DNA of 64,000 bases from positions 14,756,001 to 14,820,000 of the forward strand of contig CM120642.1 in NCBI GenBank assembly GCA_051362555.1, written 5' to 3'. The notes beneath the pieces were generated by a model. It had not been told where the DNA came from and made no database searches. It worked only from the letters and a program-made list of their open reading frames with translations. The position numbers and the translations under genes are program-made. Numbering within the stretch: the first letter of the stretch is position 1; each line of letters starts with the position of its first letter. Positions 39,040-51,449 of the stretch are shown one piece after another. The stretch comes from Lingula anatina. Its lineage: Eukaryota; Animalia; Brachiopoda.

Positions 39040-40735
39040 CCCACCTGCCACCCCTCAAATGCAATGGAATTACCCTACCTGCCACCCCTCAGATGGAATA
39101 AAGTCGCCTCACTGGTCACCCTATGATAGAATGGACTCGCCCCAAACCTGTCCCCCTCCAATGGAATTGACTCATCCCACCTACCACCCCTTAGATGAAA
39201 TGGACTCGCCCAACCTGCCACCCCTCGGATGGAATGGACTCGCCCCACCTGCCACCCCTCCTATGGAATGGAGTGTCTCCACCTGCCACCCCTCGGATGG
39301 AATGGACTCGCCCCACCTGCCACCCCTCCTATGGAATGGAGTGTCTCCACCTGCCACCCCTCCGATGGAATGGACACGCCCCACCTGCCACCCCTCCGAT
39401 GGAATGGAGTGTCTCCACCTGCCACCCCTCCGATGGAATGGACACGCCCCACCTGCCACCCCTCCGATGGAATGGACTCGCCCCACCTGCCACCCCTCCG
39501 ATGGAATGGACTCGCCCCACCTGCCACCCCTCCGATGGAATGGACTCGCCCCACCTGCCACCCCTCCGATGGAATGGACTCGCCCCACCTGCCACCCCTC
39601 CGATGGAATGGACTCGCCCCACCTGCCACCCCTCCGATGGAATGGACTCGCCCCACCTGCCACCCCTCGGATGGAATGGACTCGCCCCACCTGCCACCCC
39701 TCCGATGGAATGGACTCGCCCCACCTGCCACCCCTCGGATGGAATGGACTCGCCCCACCTGCCACCCCTCGGATGGAATGGACTCGCCCCACCTGCCACC
39801 CCTCGGATGGAATGGACTCGCCCCACCTGCCACCCCTCGGATGGAATGGACTCGCCCCACCTGCCACCCCTCGGATGGAATGGACTCGCCCCACCTGCCA
39901 CCCCTCGGATGGAATGGACTCGCCCCACCTGCCACCCCTCGGATGGAATGGACTCGCCCCACCTGCCACCCCTCGGATGGAATGGACTCGCCCCACCTGC
40001 CACCCCTCGGATGGAATGGACTCGCCCCACCTGCCACCCCTCGGATGGAATGGACTCGCCCCACCTGCCACCCCTCGGATGGAATGGACTCGCCCCACCT
40101 GCCACCCCTCCGATGGAATGGACTCGCCCCACCTGCCACCCCTCCGATGGAATGGACTCGCCCCACCTGCCACCCCTCGGATGGAATGGACTCGCCCCAC
40201 CTGCCACCCCTCCGATGGAATGGACTCGCCCCACCTGCCACCCCTCCGATGGAATGGACTCGCCCCACCTGCCACCCCTCGGATGGAATGGACTCGCCCC
40301 ACCTGCCACCCCTCCGATGGAATGGACTCGCCCCACCTGCCACCCCTCGGATGGAATGGACTCGCCCCACCTGCCACCCCTCCGATGGAATGGACTCGCC
40401 CCACCTGCCACCCCTCGGATGGAATGGACTCGCCCCACCTGCCACCCCTCCGATGGAATGGACTCGCCCCACCTGCCACCCCTCGGATGGAATGGACTCG
40501 CCCCACCTGCCACCCCTCCGATGGAATGGACTCGCCCCACCTGCCACCCCTCGGATGGAATGGACTCGCCCCACCTGCCACCCCTCCGATGGAATGGACT
40601 CGCCCCACCTGCCACCCCTCGGATGGAATGGACTCGCCCCACCTGCCACCCCTCCGATGGAATGGACTCACCCCACCAGTCACTCCTCCAGTGGAATGAA
40701 CTCATCCGACCTGCCACCCCTCCGATGTAATGGAA
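39040..40735. repeat. 34-bp minisatellite, about 50 copies
   Basis: Unit GGAATGGACTCGCCCCACCTGCCACCCCTC(C/G)GAT, near-perfect in the core and degenerate at both ends, with no spacers. Confidence 0.97.
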
Positions 40736-41134
40736 CCGACCCGAAATAAACTATTAATATACCTCACTTCGTTCGATTCATTCCACTGCTGAACATGTTC
40801 ACTCCTGGGTTGGCTTACATTTTGAGCAAGTTTATCAGCATGCATTTCTTACAATGAAGTTAAAACAATTCAGTTGTTCATCATAAACAACAAATAACTA
40901 ATGTAATTACCCGAAAAGACCCTTTTCATCATTTTGATCATTTTAATCAAGCCCGTTACAGTATTGATGTCTACTTAAAGGGATAACAATTCTTCGTATG
41001 AAATCTATATTTTACAATAAAAACATTGTAAACAACGCATAGAAATATAATAGAAATATAATATGTTCTATTTCACCACCAAAAATGGCAGTTAAAGCAA
41101 TCATTCTAAAATCTCTGCTTGTCATCAGACCATG

Positions 41135-41220
41135 TGGGGGGGGGGGGGGGGTTGCTTCGCATCCGTGGCCTTTCTTTCCTAAAAACACCCCCCCTTCAAA
41201 TAATCCTGGATCCGCCCCTG
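41135..41220 (-). mobile_element. MITE fragment (CAGGGGCGGATCCAGGA-type terminus)
   Basis: Reverse complement caggggcggatccaggattatttgaagggggg matches the left end of the element at 61630. Confidence 0.6.
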
Positions 41221-42023
41221 GTCATTATCAACATACTAATTAAATATATAAGACAACATTTATCATTACTTTGTACTGAAAGTGCAATAAGTAAAGTACC
41301 TTGAAATGAAGTAAAAAGAATTACAATTTATAAAATACTTTAAAGTTGACAGCGCATTGGGTAAAAACCCTTTTGAAAATATCGCACACCTCCACGTTTT
41401 TGCTACTTAACATTTCTATGGACAGTAAATTACATTATTTAAAATGTTTTTGTTTTGACAGAAGGTGGTGGATTATATGGTGTTAATGCACTCATATTTC
41501 GCTGGAATCAATCTCGTTATTTTTAAGGGTTTGCAGCTGAAAGTGCATCCTTAGAGTGTTCAGGATGTAAAATAAAATTAGATTATATATTACGTGTCCA
41601 TTTAGAATTATATGGCAATGCCTGTGCGCCAAATATTCTCTGGTTAACCTAGCTATAACTAACCTAGGTTCTAGGTTTCAGTTTTGCCAGCTTGATTTCA
41701 TATTTAACCCATGTCAGCAAAACTGTGAAGCTATCCCATTAAAAGGATTGAATAGTGAACAAGCTAGCTTTGCAGTGGCCCTGACACTCAGGGAAGCTAT
41801 AACATATTATAACAAACAATTAAATCGGGGAATCTATATCGTAAATTTAGTCTGTTATATAATGTTTTTCCTGACCTGGAAATAAAGTTGTGACTACAAA
41901 TTTGCTTAAGTGCTTCGTGGTTCAGTGATCTCTGTTGACCACGAATAAGTTATAGGATCGACTCATGGCTCATAAACCGTATCTTGTAATACATGAACCA
42001 CTTTCCAAATAGTTTGCTTATCA

Positions 42024-45000
42024 CTAGTTTGGATCTGCCAAACTGAGGCAGAACCTCCAAATGTCTTTCCTGACATCTTCCTTAGTAAGTCCCTCTTCAC
42101 CATCAATCAGGGCATCAGCAATGCATTTGACGGTTATCCGATATGCCTCGGGGATCCAAATTTCCAGTGAGGAGCGTCCGTTTTCGGGTTTAACAAACAC
42201 TCGTTGTTTTCGGATCTCAACACTGATTGATGACAACAGGGCTACATTCACATCCCGAATCAGAGGCTGGTTTCCTGCATCATGTGACTGGGTTGGGGTG
42301 TATCTGTAAGTCTTCTTTTGCGACTCCACTACATCAACAAGTCGGTCCCGAATGCTGTCACTAACATCTAATCCTGGGATGTTGTCAGTGTCTTCTGTGT
42401 CATTCTGGCGTCTGATTAGAGGTTTGAAATCTCTCTGTATAATGTCCTTTAAATCGGATATGTACTGACATTCCTTGGCGTTTAGCGTTCGCTTTGAGGC
42501 AATTTGGAAGCGAAGGTCAGGCTTGTTCAGGGTGGGATCATCGTCGGTGTTAAGTCGTTTTAAGTCCGTAACCAGCCATAATATATCTGGTAATTCTACA
42601 TTGATTACAGCAAGGTTTGTATCTAAAAAGATTTTGTGGTTGGCGTCTTTCGTTGCAAATGTAACTTCATAGGATTCTGCCATGGGATCAGCAGCAGTGA
42701 AGCCGGTGTCTCTAAGTTTATGCTCGACAGCTAATGCAAGGTCTGTTTGAACTAACGGTGTAAAACACGAGTGTTTTTTGCCTGTTTCACCAGACAGGTT
42801 TTTCAAATACCCCTGAAGTTCATAGATCCTCTTGACTTTGGCGGGAACGTCTGTGACGTAGATGTGGCCAACGTCAACTGAGAAGTGAACTTCCCCATGG
42901 CATAAAGGGTTATGTATTCGTTTTATAAGATCAACCTGTGTGTCCACCACGTTGTCCCATAACTTCAATTGGTTATCTAATGTGTTGCCATCAGCTTCGT
43001 ATTCAACCAGCTTGGGCACTTTTTTCTCCTTGGGAATTTCTTCAAATTCCGTAAATCCTTTGAAATTTTCGAATGCGATAATATTTTTCCCGTCATTGTC
43101 ACCTTCCAGAAGCAGCTGATGCGAATCCTGGACACTCCAGTTTTTCATTGATGACGTTAACTCAATGCGGTGACTAGATTGCCTTTCCAAGTCGATCAGA
43201 GCATTTTGTAGCGCAAAGCAACTTTCTGAGTTGCCGTATACCTCCACGGTAATTTGACTTCCTTTCTTTTTTGACTTTTTGTGGACAAGTGCACGTGCCC
43301 CAGTGGATTCTGATATTTTAATGGAGAAGTAGTCTTCACCTGTCAGAAGTAATTGGGACGATTCAGCAGTTAAAAAATAATCCCAGCGCTTCTCTTCATC
43401 AACATGGGACATATCAACCAAACCTCCGATGGAAGCATTTCTGGCCACAATGTGATATGCTTGAAGCATTTTGTCTCTAATCCTCTCCTTGACGTGCCCA
43501 TTGAAATTCCCTAACAGCTTTCGTGGTCTGCGTGAGCATATCATAGAAGGGTCAGTTACTTCGTTGAGTAACTTCACCCCACTATCGCTACCAAAGTGCT
43601 TAAAGAATTTCAGTAGGAGTTCTGCTATCTTTTCCTCTGCTGTATAATTATCTGCCACAATATCCAACAAATCCTTTGGATCGACTGCTCTCTCAGAACG
43701 AAACATTTCCTGGAGGGTACGAATGTCTTCTTCGGTAGGCCGAACAACTACTTTCTCTTCATCCTGCACAAAATAGAGAAAGAGCAGCAGCATTGCTTCC
43801 TTGGCCTGAAGAATTTTCCCACTGGTATCAACCACATTGTTCGTGATCAACCAACCCAAAAGTACTCTCAGGATAGGTAACAGCCAAATATTCTCTTGCA
43901 GCATACAGTGGAAGTAAGCGACTCTAAGCAAAGCATTAGGATTCGATGTGAAGTTGACTTTTACCTCCTTTTCACCAGAAGGCACTCTCAAAGATACCAA
44001 ACTGGGCATGGAGGTATCAGGCCTTGATCTTGTTATCTGACCACACAGGTTTCTGACTAATTGCTGCAGGGATCCTTGAAAATTGGGGATGAAAAAATCC
44101 ATGCTGGAGGTGTCTGTGAAGAGGCATGTTGCCTTTGAGCCTATTGTTATAGGTCTACCTCCATGGCGCGATCTGTAATCCGCCGTGTATATCGACTTCA
44201 AGATCATATTTTCTATTCTCCTGTCCTGTGTAATTTGTAGACGTAAGCCAGGGGAAAGTTTGGCGAAGTAATCTTTAATACTTTGTGCAACTTTCATTAG
44301 GGGGCTTTGTGCTTTATCTGGCAGAGAACGGATTGAGATTTGTGTTGATGCACTTCCCTGCACTGCTTTCTTCTTTATTTGGCTCAAAAGATCATCAAAC
44401 ATCCAGGGAAAGCTGAGGAGGGTCTCGCTGTCAGATGCATCCTGCAGTGCATATGTAGCAAAGTAACAGGCGGCAGCTTTCTTGCAGAGTAGATCCCGCA
44501 TTTCACCTTTTCCTAAGGCTTCCTTTTCTCCTCCAAACTCCGCAAAGAAATCATTTCTCGTCTCCTGTCGTATTAGCCGCATTCTGTCACGTATTATGTT
44601 GCCAACTTCAAATCTTTCGCTTTTGAGAAACCCACTTATTTTTTTAATTGGGTGATGCAACCTGACACTACTTGCGCTTCTCTTTTTATCCCGAATATAG
44701 CCATAAGCGATCGCAATCTGTCATTATATGTGTCTCGTTCCTCCTGTGCATGCTCTAAATACTCATCATACCCGTCAATCAATATATCCTTGTCACAATT
44801 TATCTGTGCTGATTTTGAAGTTTCTGATTTAGAATCCAGCTGCTCCACCCCTCTACACTCCCTGTACAACTTCCCCAAAACTTTCTCAGACCTGTATGTC
44901 AGCTTTCTCTCGTTCATCATAAAGTCTGGATATTCTTTGGGCCTTAATTCACGAGTCATATCCACTGACTTTCCTGTCTTAGGAAAATCCACTGCATCCG

Positions 45001-48000
45001 AATGAAGAGAAGCTAATTTTTTGCAGACATCAGAAAATATGCCTTTTGGTTCTTGATCTGCCTGTGCAAGATGAGCATTTGCGATAATACCCAACTGATC
45101 GTTCTTAATGTAGTCTGATATGAATACGATCATATCACTATCCGTCACATCATGGTCGAGTTTATGTTTTTCAACACTGGGAAATTCCATGGGCTCTACG
45201 TTTTCCCCTTTGGGAATTAAATCCATGTACCAGCAAACAAAGTATAAGTCTCCATCCAGGTCTGATCCTGACATCATGTTTGGCGCTGGTCTACGCCCCT
45301 TCGAGGAAAACACTACACAGTCCAGCAAGTGATGAAGCTGTGGGTCATCAACTGCTCTGAATCTTCGCATGTCTCCAGGGTGGAAACACGGGTTCTTTGT
45401 GATAACCACGTCCCCTCGAAGAACGCATTTCTCTTCCCCAGGCTCAGTGACATCTTGTGAGTATTGCACAAACACTTCATCTGCTTGCAGTATTCCATAC
45501 TCGTCCACAACGCCGATCATGGTTCTCCCCTTGTCAGAGGGTACTTTGATCCTGGCTCGTCGAACTAGCTCGCCAAGCTGGCTGGTATACACAGCACTTA
45601 GCATGCTTCTCATGAAGGGCTCTGACGTCAGCATGATTCCACTACCATGCAGCTGATTGAACCGGATACCACTGCTTGTCTGGAACACGAACACTGACCA
45701 CATAAAATCAATTCAATTTTAAATTCAAATCCTACTCTAAAAATGCTGACCCACTCAGAAGATATTGTTTTGCCTTTACTTTCGTAAACAAGCTTGATGT
45801 TAAAGACGCAGTGCGAATAACAAAACCCACTGATACTCCATGCAAGAGTCGGGGCATATGTAATTTTACTCAATTTCATTATGTATTTTAACAGATATAT
45901 ATGAGCTTAACTGACTTATGTGCTTGGAACGAAAATCAAAACCCGTTCCTTGACACAAAATTCATCAGGGTACTTGTCGACCACAGCAAGAGTTATACAT
46001 AAACCAGGCATAGGTTTAAAATAGAACTAACCAGAAATATAACTCTATAATAAAAATGAAAATAAAAGTAATAAAATAAAATAAAATAAATTAAAATAAT
46101 AATGATAATAATAATAATAATAACAAGAAGAAGAAAATAAAATTGATAATAAGTGACCCCTTCTTTTTCCTTTGAATGCTCACCAAGATTTATATTTGAC
46201 ACGAGCGTCAATCTTCCTCATGCTTAGAACTCAGAGGTTATTTATAATATATATCACTCACCGAGATAAGTGCATTCAAAGCGTCGGCCTCTTTCAACAT
46301 TATGTCTGCCAATTCGTAGAGCATCTTTTCTTGGAGCGAGAGAAATACCTCGTCAGGTACACCCAAACCAGACATCAATGTTATAACTTGCCGATTCAGA
46401 TGGAGACCCACTATTAAATATACAATATTTACAGAACCTCAAAAACCTTATAAAAAGAAACTGCTCACTTGTTGCCTTACTCGGGCACTCAATTTGATTG
46501 TTTTTAAAACTAATGCAGATATACAACAAAGGACCTTGCAGCAAAAATGTGGAAAGAAATCAACGGTAATGAAACAGATTAAAATTACAAAACAATATTT
46601 ATCTTTTACACAAAATGTGTGCGTCACTGAGTGACTACGAAGGTCACTTTGAAAAAAAAAAAAACATCAGTTTTCTGGATGACACCAGTAGAAATACTCT
46701 TTTCTCACAAAGTAATTACAAAATTGAACCATCCACGTGAAATATTTCTATGGACCAGCGATCATCTCCATACTCTCGACAATCGTAATATTCCACGTAA
46801 GTGATTGAATTTTGTAAAAAGTTTGTGACAAAACAGTATTCCTACAAGGATCACTTTTTGTGGAATGATACAAAGTGCACTTACGGCTTTCGTGAGTAAC
46901 GATACATACCTGGTCGTGATGTTGAAATAATTTCCAAATTCGAATGGAGGCTATCAAATTTATTCATGCTAGGGCGGATCTGCATGTGTTCCATTTCACT
47001 TAGGAAGGGGTCCACCGTCAAAACTCCCTTGCATCCAGCGTAGCGTATTTGAAAAGCCGACGGAACTGGGTCGAATTTCAGTTTTTCTGCTACCTAAATT
47101 ACAAAGACAATTTTTTTGGCATAGTGAGGCATAGCGAGGTAAAAAAACAGAAGTGTGTTTTTGATGATAATGTAATGTTTCTCATAAGCTTATATCACAA
47201 TAGGCCCATGTTACATCTCACACGACGTAAAACCTTGACAAATGCTAGGCATTGTCAATTATAAGATAGTATGTGGTTAATCTATGCGTGAACGCATTAT
47301 TTTAGTTTTTCAAAGGACAAAGAAGGTAGCTGTGGCGAAAACGACTGTATGAACATGAAGCATCGGTTCTTTCAAACTAAAAAGATTCAGCAAATCTCTA
47401 GCTTACTTTCTTTGCCAGCTTTTCAGATATCTTCCCGATTCCATCAGTGAAACAGTACTTTGTGCCCGTGCGACGAGATTCATGTATGATGTCAGGTAAA
47501 TCTGAAACAGTCCCTTCCTCCACTGTTAATTTCACTTTACTGTCTTTGGATGAAGAGAAGCACTGTCCCATGCGAGATATATAGGAGGCAACGCATCTGA
47601 AATCAAATATATATGCATGTGATTTCATTTTGGATCATGTTTAATGGAACGCCGGATACTTTTCAAATGTTGCAATAGGTCACTAAAAAATAGTACTTCT
47701 TAAAACACAACAGAGCTAATACGCTTTACGATGAAAATGCTATAAGGAATAATCCATAGGAAAACAGTATTGCAAAAATTAATTGACGTTTTATACGCTT
47801 AGACTCGTTCATTAGATCTTTTTGAAAATTAACTAGAACTTCGTTATACTTCTTAATTACCAATTTCTACACAAATCTTGAAAGGCCAAAACTTTGTAGC
47901 CAAAACAGTCACACGTACCTTTCTCTTTTAAAATCTCCCATCCATTCTCTTATGCTCTCCACGGTATTCACATCATCCGGGGCGAACATCCATATGCCAT

Positions 48001-51000
48001 GTTCCCGTAACTGACTGTTGGAGCAAGCAAGAAATTTGTAATGTCGGCCAGCAACTTCCAAACCTTCTACTAGATAGTTCTTCATGACCGCATCCAGCAC
48101 GACGTCCAGTCCGCCTTTTTCCATTTGAATCAGTTTCTCAAAATCTTCATCACGGATGATCAGTCTTAGGAACCGTTCATGGCCGTATTTCCGAACGACT
48201 CGGTTCAGTGACACGGGCTCTGGTTGAAGAAAATAGAGGTGAGTTGGTAAAGCGAGAGCGCGAGGAATTAAAACATACTGGTCAGGTAGATTACTCTGGC
48301 TATCACCGGCCACTACTGGCTGCAGTTCACGAACCAGAAGAGCATCCAAAGTCTCGAACCTTTCCTCGTCAACTATGTCCGTCAAATGGTACAGCACCAT
48401 TGCCAAGTTGGGCTGGTCAAGAACACTTGACAATCTTCCCAAGAAAATGTCGTCTATTCGATCGGCCACAGTGTAGCCTCGTGAAAGAAGGCAGTTATAC
48501 GCGTATGCCACTTCAAATGATGGAAAGTTCAAAAGCGGCAATGGGAGTGTGCGAGTCTTGCTACGTTTTACGGGCGTGAAATATATTGTGAATCCGCAGT
48601 TCTCAAGTCTCCGCAGTATGCCATCTGTATTGCCGTCGTTCATGTTGTACCTTACACAGAGAGCAGAGGAGGCCCCCAAATCCTGTGCTTTGCATGACGC
48701 AAAATCCACTAACCTCACCGATTGAGTATAATTCATGACTTCAACTTCGAATTGTATGGTGGGTTTGGACTTCATGAAAAGGTAAATATCTGAGCCCTCT
48801 TCTGTTGGTGTTGCATCCACGATGGCATAATTTTCAAGGCTGCTGTACCGAAAACTGCAACAAATCTCTTGGTATGATTCCGAAAAACCGAATTCATCGT
48901 CTGAACATGACTTCAATTCTTTTGTTATCTGCAGGTTTTTTTCTTTGTGATCAAATGTTACCCTTATTTGAGATTCTGCGCAATGATCAACAAAGCAGTT
49001 GTGGGATTTGAAAGCTCCAAATCTAACTGTCGTGCCATTAATTACATGCTTTGGTTCTATCCACCCTTTTTTACTCTTCTTCTTTTTCCTTTCCAGCCAC
49101 AGGGGCACCATAAACTCCTTCAGACCTTGGCACCATTGCACTTCAAGATACTTTTCATGCTGATGCTGTGAGCTCAACTTCATTTGCACTGATCTTGCCT
49201 TTCTTGTTTTCAATAACCCTGAAATAATGCACATACATGTATCAACGGCACGTCCACGATAAAATCTTTAGCCTTAATGAACCAAGACGTTTTCCTAGTG
49301 TTTTAAGATAACTAAAACAAAACTTGTTCAGGAGATCGATAAAACACAGATCTTTACGAATTCCCCACTTTTCATCTTAAAATTGCTACTTTTAAATGGC
49401 AGAGAAGAGTACGATAGTACATTCACATATCTAAATTCAGGATATCAAGTAGAGAACTGCGTCTCGTATCCGACTTAGAAAACTGTAAAAAAGTAAAAAA
49501 TAACAGAAATTATAACGTGAAACATAATACTTTTTCGAAAATTTCTTTTTGATTTCATTCCAGTTAACGTACCCAAGTCGGCTTTCTGTGCAACTTCGTT
49601 CACTGCGTATCCTGGGAGAACTTTTCCAATAACATCTCTCGTCTCGTTATCTGAGAAGTTATGGATGGTGATAAGACATTCTCCTGTCGACAGATCCCTG
49701 AGAGGTTGATCAGTGTTGGTCCTTTGTTGACCCTCTCGTCTGACCTCTTGGCGATGGACAGTGGGCCTGTTTGGTCGGAAGGGTCTAACACGCTGGACCC
49801 TCAAAAAAGGTTCAAGGTTCAAAAAAATGTCTTGAGGTGTAAACAGTACGTTGGTTGCACTTGAACTGCTTTCAGTTCGAGGTTTGTCGGCGGCATTAAC
49901 ATCTGGCGTGTTCTCAATATTGATTTCACCACCAAAATCTGAACTTTGGACAGCAGCGCTTTCTAAAGTTGGAGGACTGGGAATCGTACTTGGCTCAGGG
50001 GAGATACGTGTATCGGCAAAACTGGCATTATCTTGGGTGATTTGCTTGCCGACCAAAACGCTATTTTCTACATTGGTACTGATTAGTGTTTCGTTTACTG
50101 GCTCAGACTGACCAAGATTATCTTCAGTAACTAGTGTTTGTTGAGTAACATTACCACTTAAATTACCAACTTCATCAGGACCAGCGATTTCAGTGGAACT
50201 AGACCTAACCAAATCCGGTACCTCCGTGACACAATCCTCTTCTGAATTTTCTAAGAAGGCTATCGATGCTTCATTGGTTGTCTGTTGGCTCTCAATATCT
50301 GGGATGATACCACCAGGTGTATTTGAAAACCCGTCCTGTTTAGGATCAGTTTCAGCTTCTCCAGCAGCTCCTGCCTCCGGTTTCGCATCTTCCTCAGGGT
50401 CACAGCTCCGACGCTTTTGCTGAAGCAAACTGCAAACCTCATGCAAATCGCTGGTTTGAAGTGGGTAAGAAGCTTCGGGGGATTTAGGGGCTTCAAACGA
50501 GTTTGGTGCACCTGGCTGGGGTACAATATCGTTCTTTTTATCATTCTTGTCAGAAAATTGGTCAGACAAAAAACATATTTCTTTATTGCCTTCTGCCTTC
50601 TCCTCACTTTCCCGTGAGTAAATAACTTCAAACTCTTCACTGTGCGGACTAACCCGAAGGTTTCCAGTATTATCTGCATCAGGCGCTAATGTAACTGTTG
50701 ATGGTGTGGATGCACGCATGTCCTGACTATCTAAGGGCACTTTATCAGTGCTTGATTCATTATTTTCTGTGAAAAATGGAGTCACCATCTGCTTTTCGGT
50801 CAAACTTTGCTCAGACTTTTCAAGAGCTTCTTCCGAAAAGTTAGACATCAAAGAAATTTCTTCGGGTGTGTTTTCGTGGTTGTTGGAGGTTAAAGGTCGC
50901 CCCTCATAGTTGATAACCATTTGTGCCGCATCAAGGCCCACCGTCTCATGCCTCATCTTTAACTCAGCCAATGCTTTGGACAACACACGTCGCTGACCCA

Positions 51001-51187
51001 GCGTGACAGCAAGGAGCTCTATATCTGCTTCTTCCATAAGTACTAGCGATTCTGGGGTGTCAAAATCTTGGTCTTTTAATGCCACTTTTGTCTTCTCTTT
51101 GATACCATTGGCAGAGCACCAGGAATCAAGGAAACAACACCCTGATGGCTCACATTGGCCTTGGTCTGAAGACGGCGCCTGTGCCAT
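42024..51187 (-). CDS. Cellular (RNAi-type) RNA-dependent RNA polymerase: SAM-like N-terminus, acidic linker, RdRP core, then a frameshifted C-terminal TENT/Cid1-like NTase and KH-like module
   Basis: Exons 51187-49573, 49218-47919, 47596-47407, 47093-46910, 46410-46262, 45679-42024 with consistent phases. Motifs: NRVVRKYG..RFLR, YKFLACSNSQLREHGIWMF, SRMGQCFS, FTDGIGKIS, PSAFQIRYAGCKGV, LNRQVI, GVVDEYGILQ.DEVFVQ, TKNPCFHPGD, SGSDLDGD, LASLHSDAVDFPKTG, PDFM. The frame stops at 44636 (1493 aa) but continues in the -1 frame to 42024 (about 2364 aa if joined). Confidence 0.93.
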
Positions 51188-51449
51188 GCTTCGGTTTCGC
51201 CTGTTTGATGCGAGGTGTGTTGCCGATGAGGTTTCTTAACTCTGTCTGCATGTAAAAAAGTAATAACATGCCATTAAATGAAAAAAATTAAAATCTTAAA
51301 TATGTACAAAATAAATATGCACAGAGGTCTGTCGTATACTGTTTATCAATCCCATGCATATCGTTCATCTCTTGTATGGAAATGAAACAAAAGAAACCAA
51401 ATAATCCCAATTTCCAATAAACTGACGTTGTAATCTATCATAAATGATA

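Noticed and set aside
39040-40735. CRISPR-like array (34-bp repeats)
   Set aside because: Units are head-to-tail with no unique spacers, there are no cas genes, and the context is eukaryotic.
39059-40749. Six long ORFs (462-546 aa) in all frames
   Set aside because: Artefact of a stop-free 34-bp unit cycling through the frames; no splice or start evidence for a gene.
41912-41972. tRNA/SINE-like A and B boxes (tggttcagtga ... ggatcgactca)
   Set aside because: Boxes are degenerate and no cloverleaf can be folded; at most an old SINE head.
42024-51187. Endogenous viral RdRP
   Set aside because: It has the DLDGD cellular RdRP signature and five spliceosomal introns in the coding region, not a viral GDD palm polymerase.
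42061-51239. Numerous short plus-strand ORFs over the RdRP
   Set aside because: Antisense shadows of long coding exons, with no independent signals.
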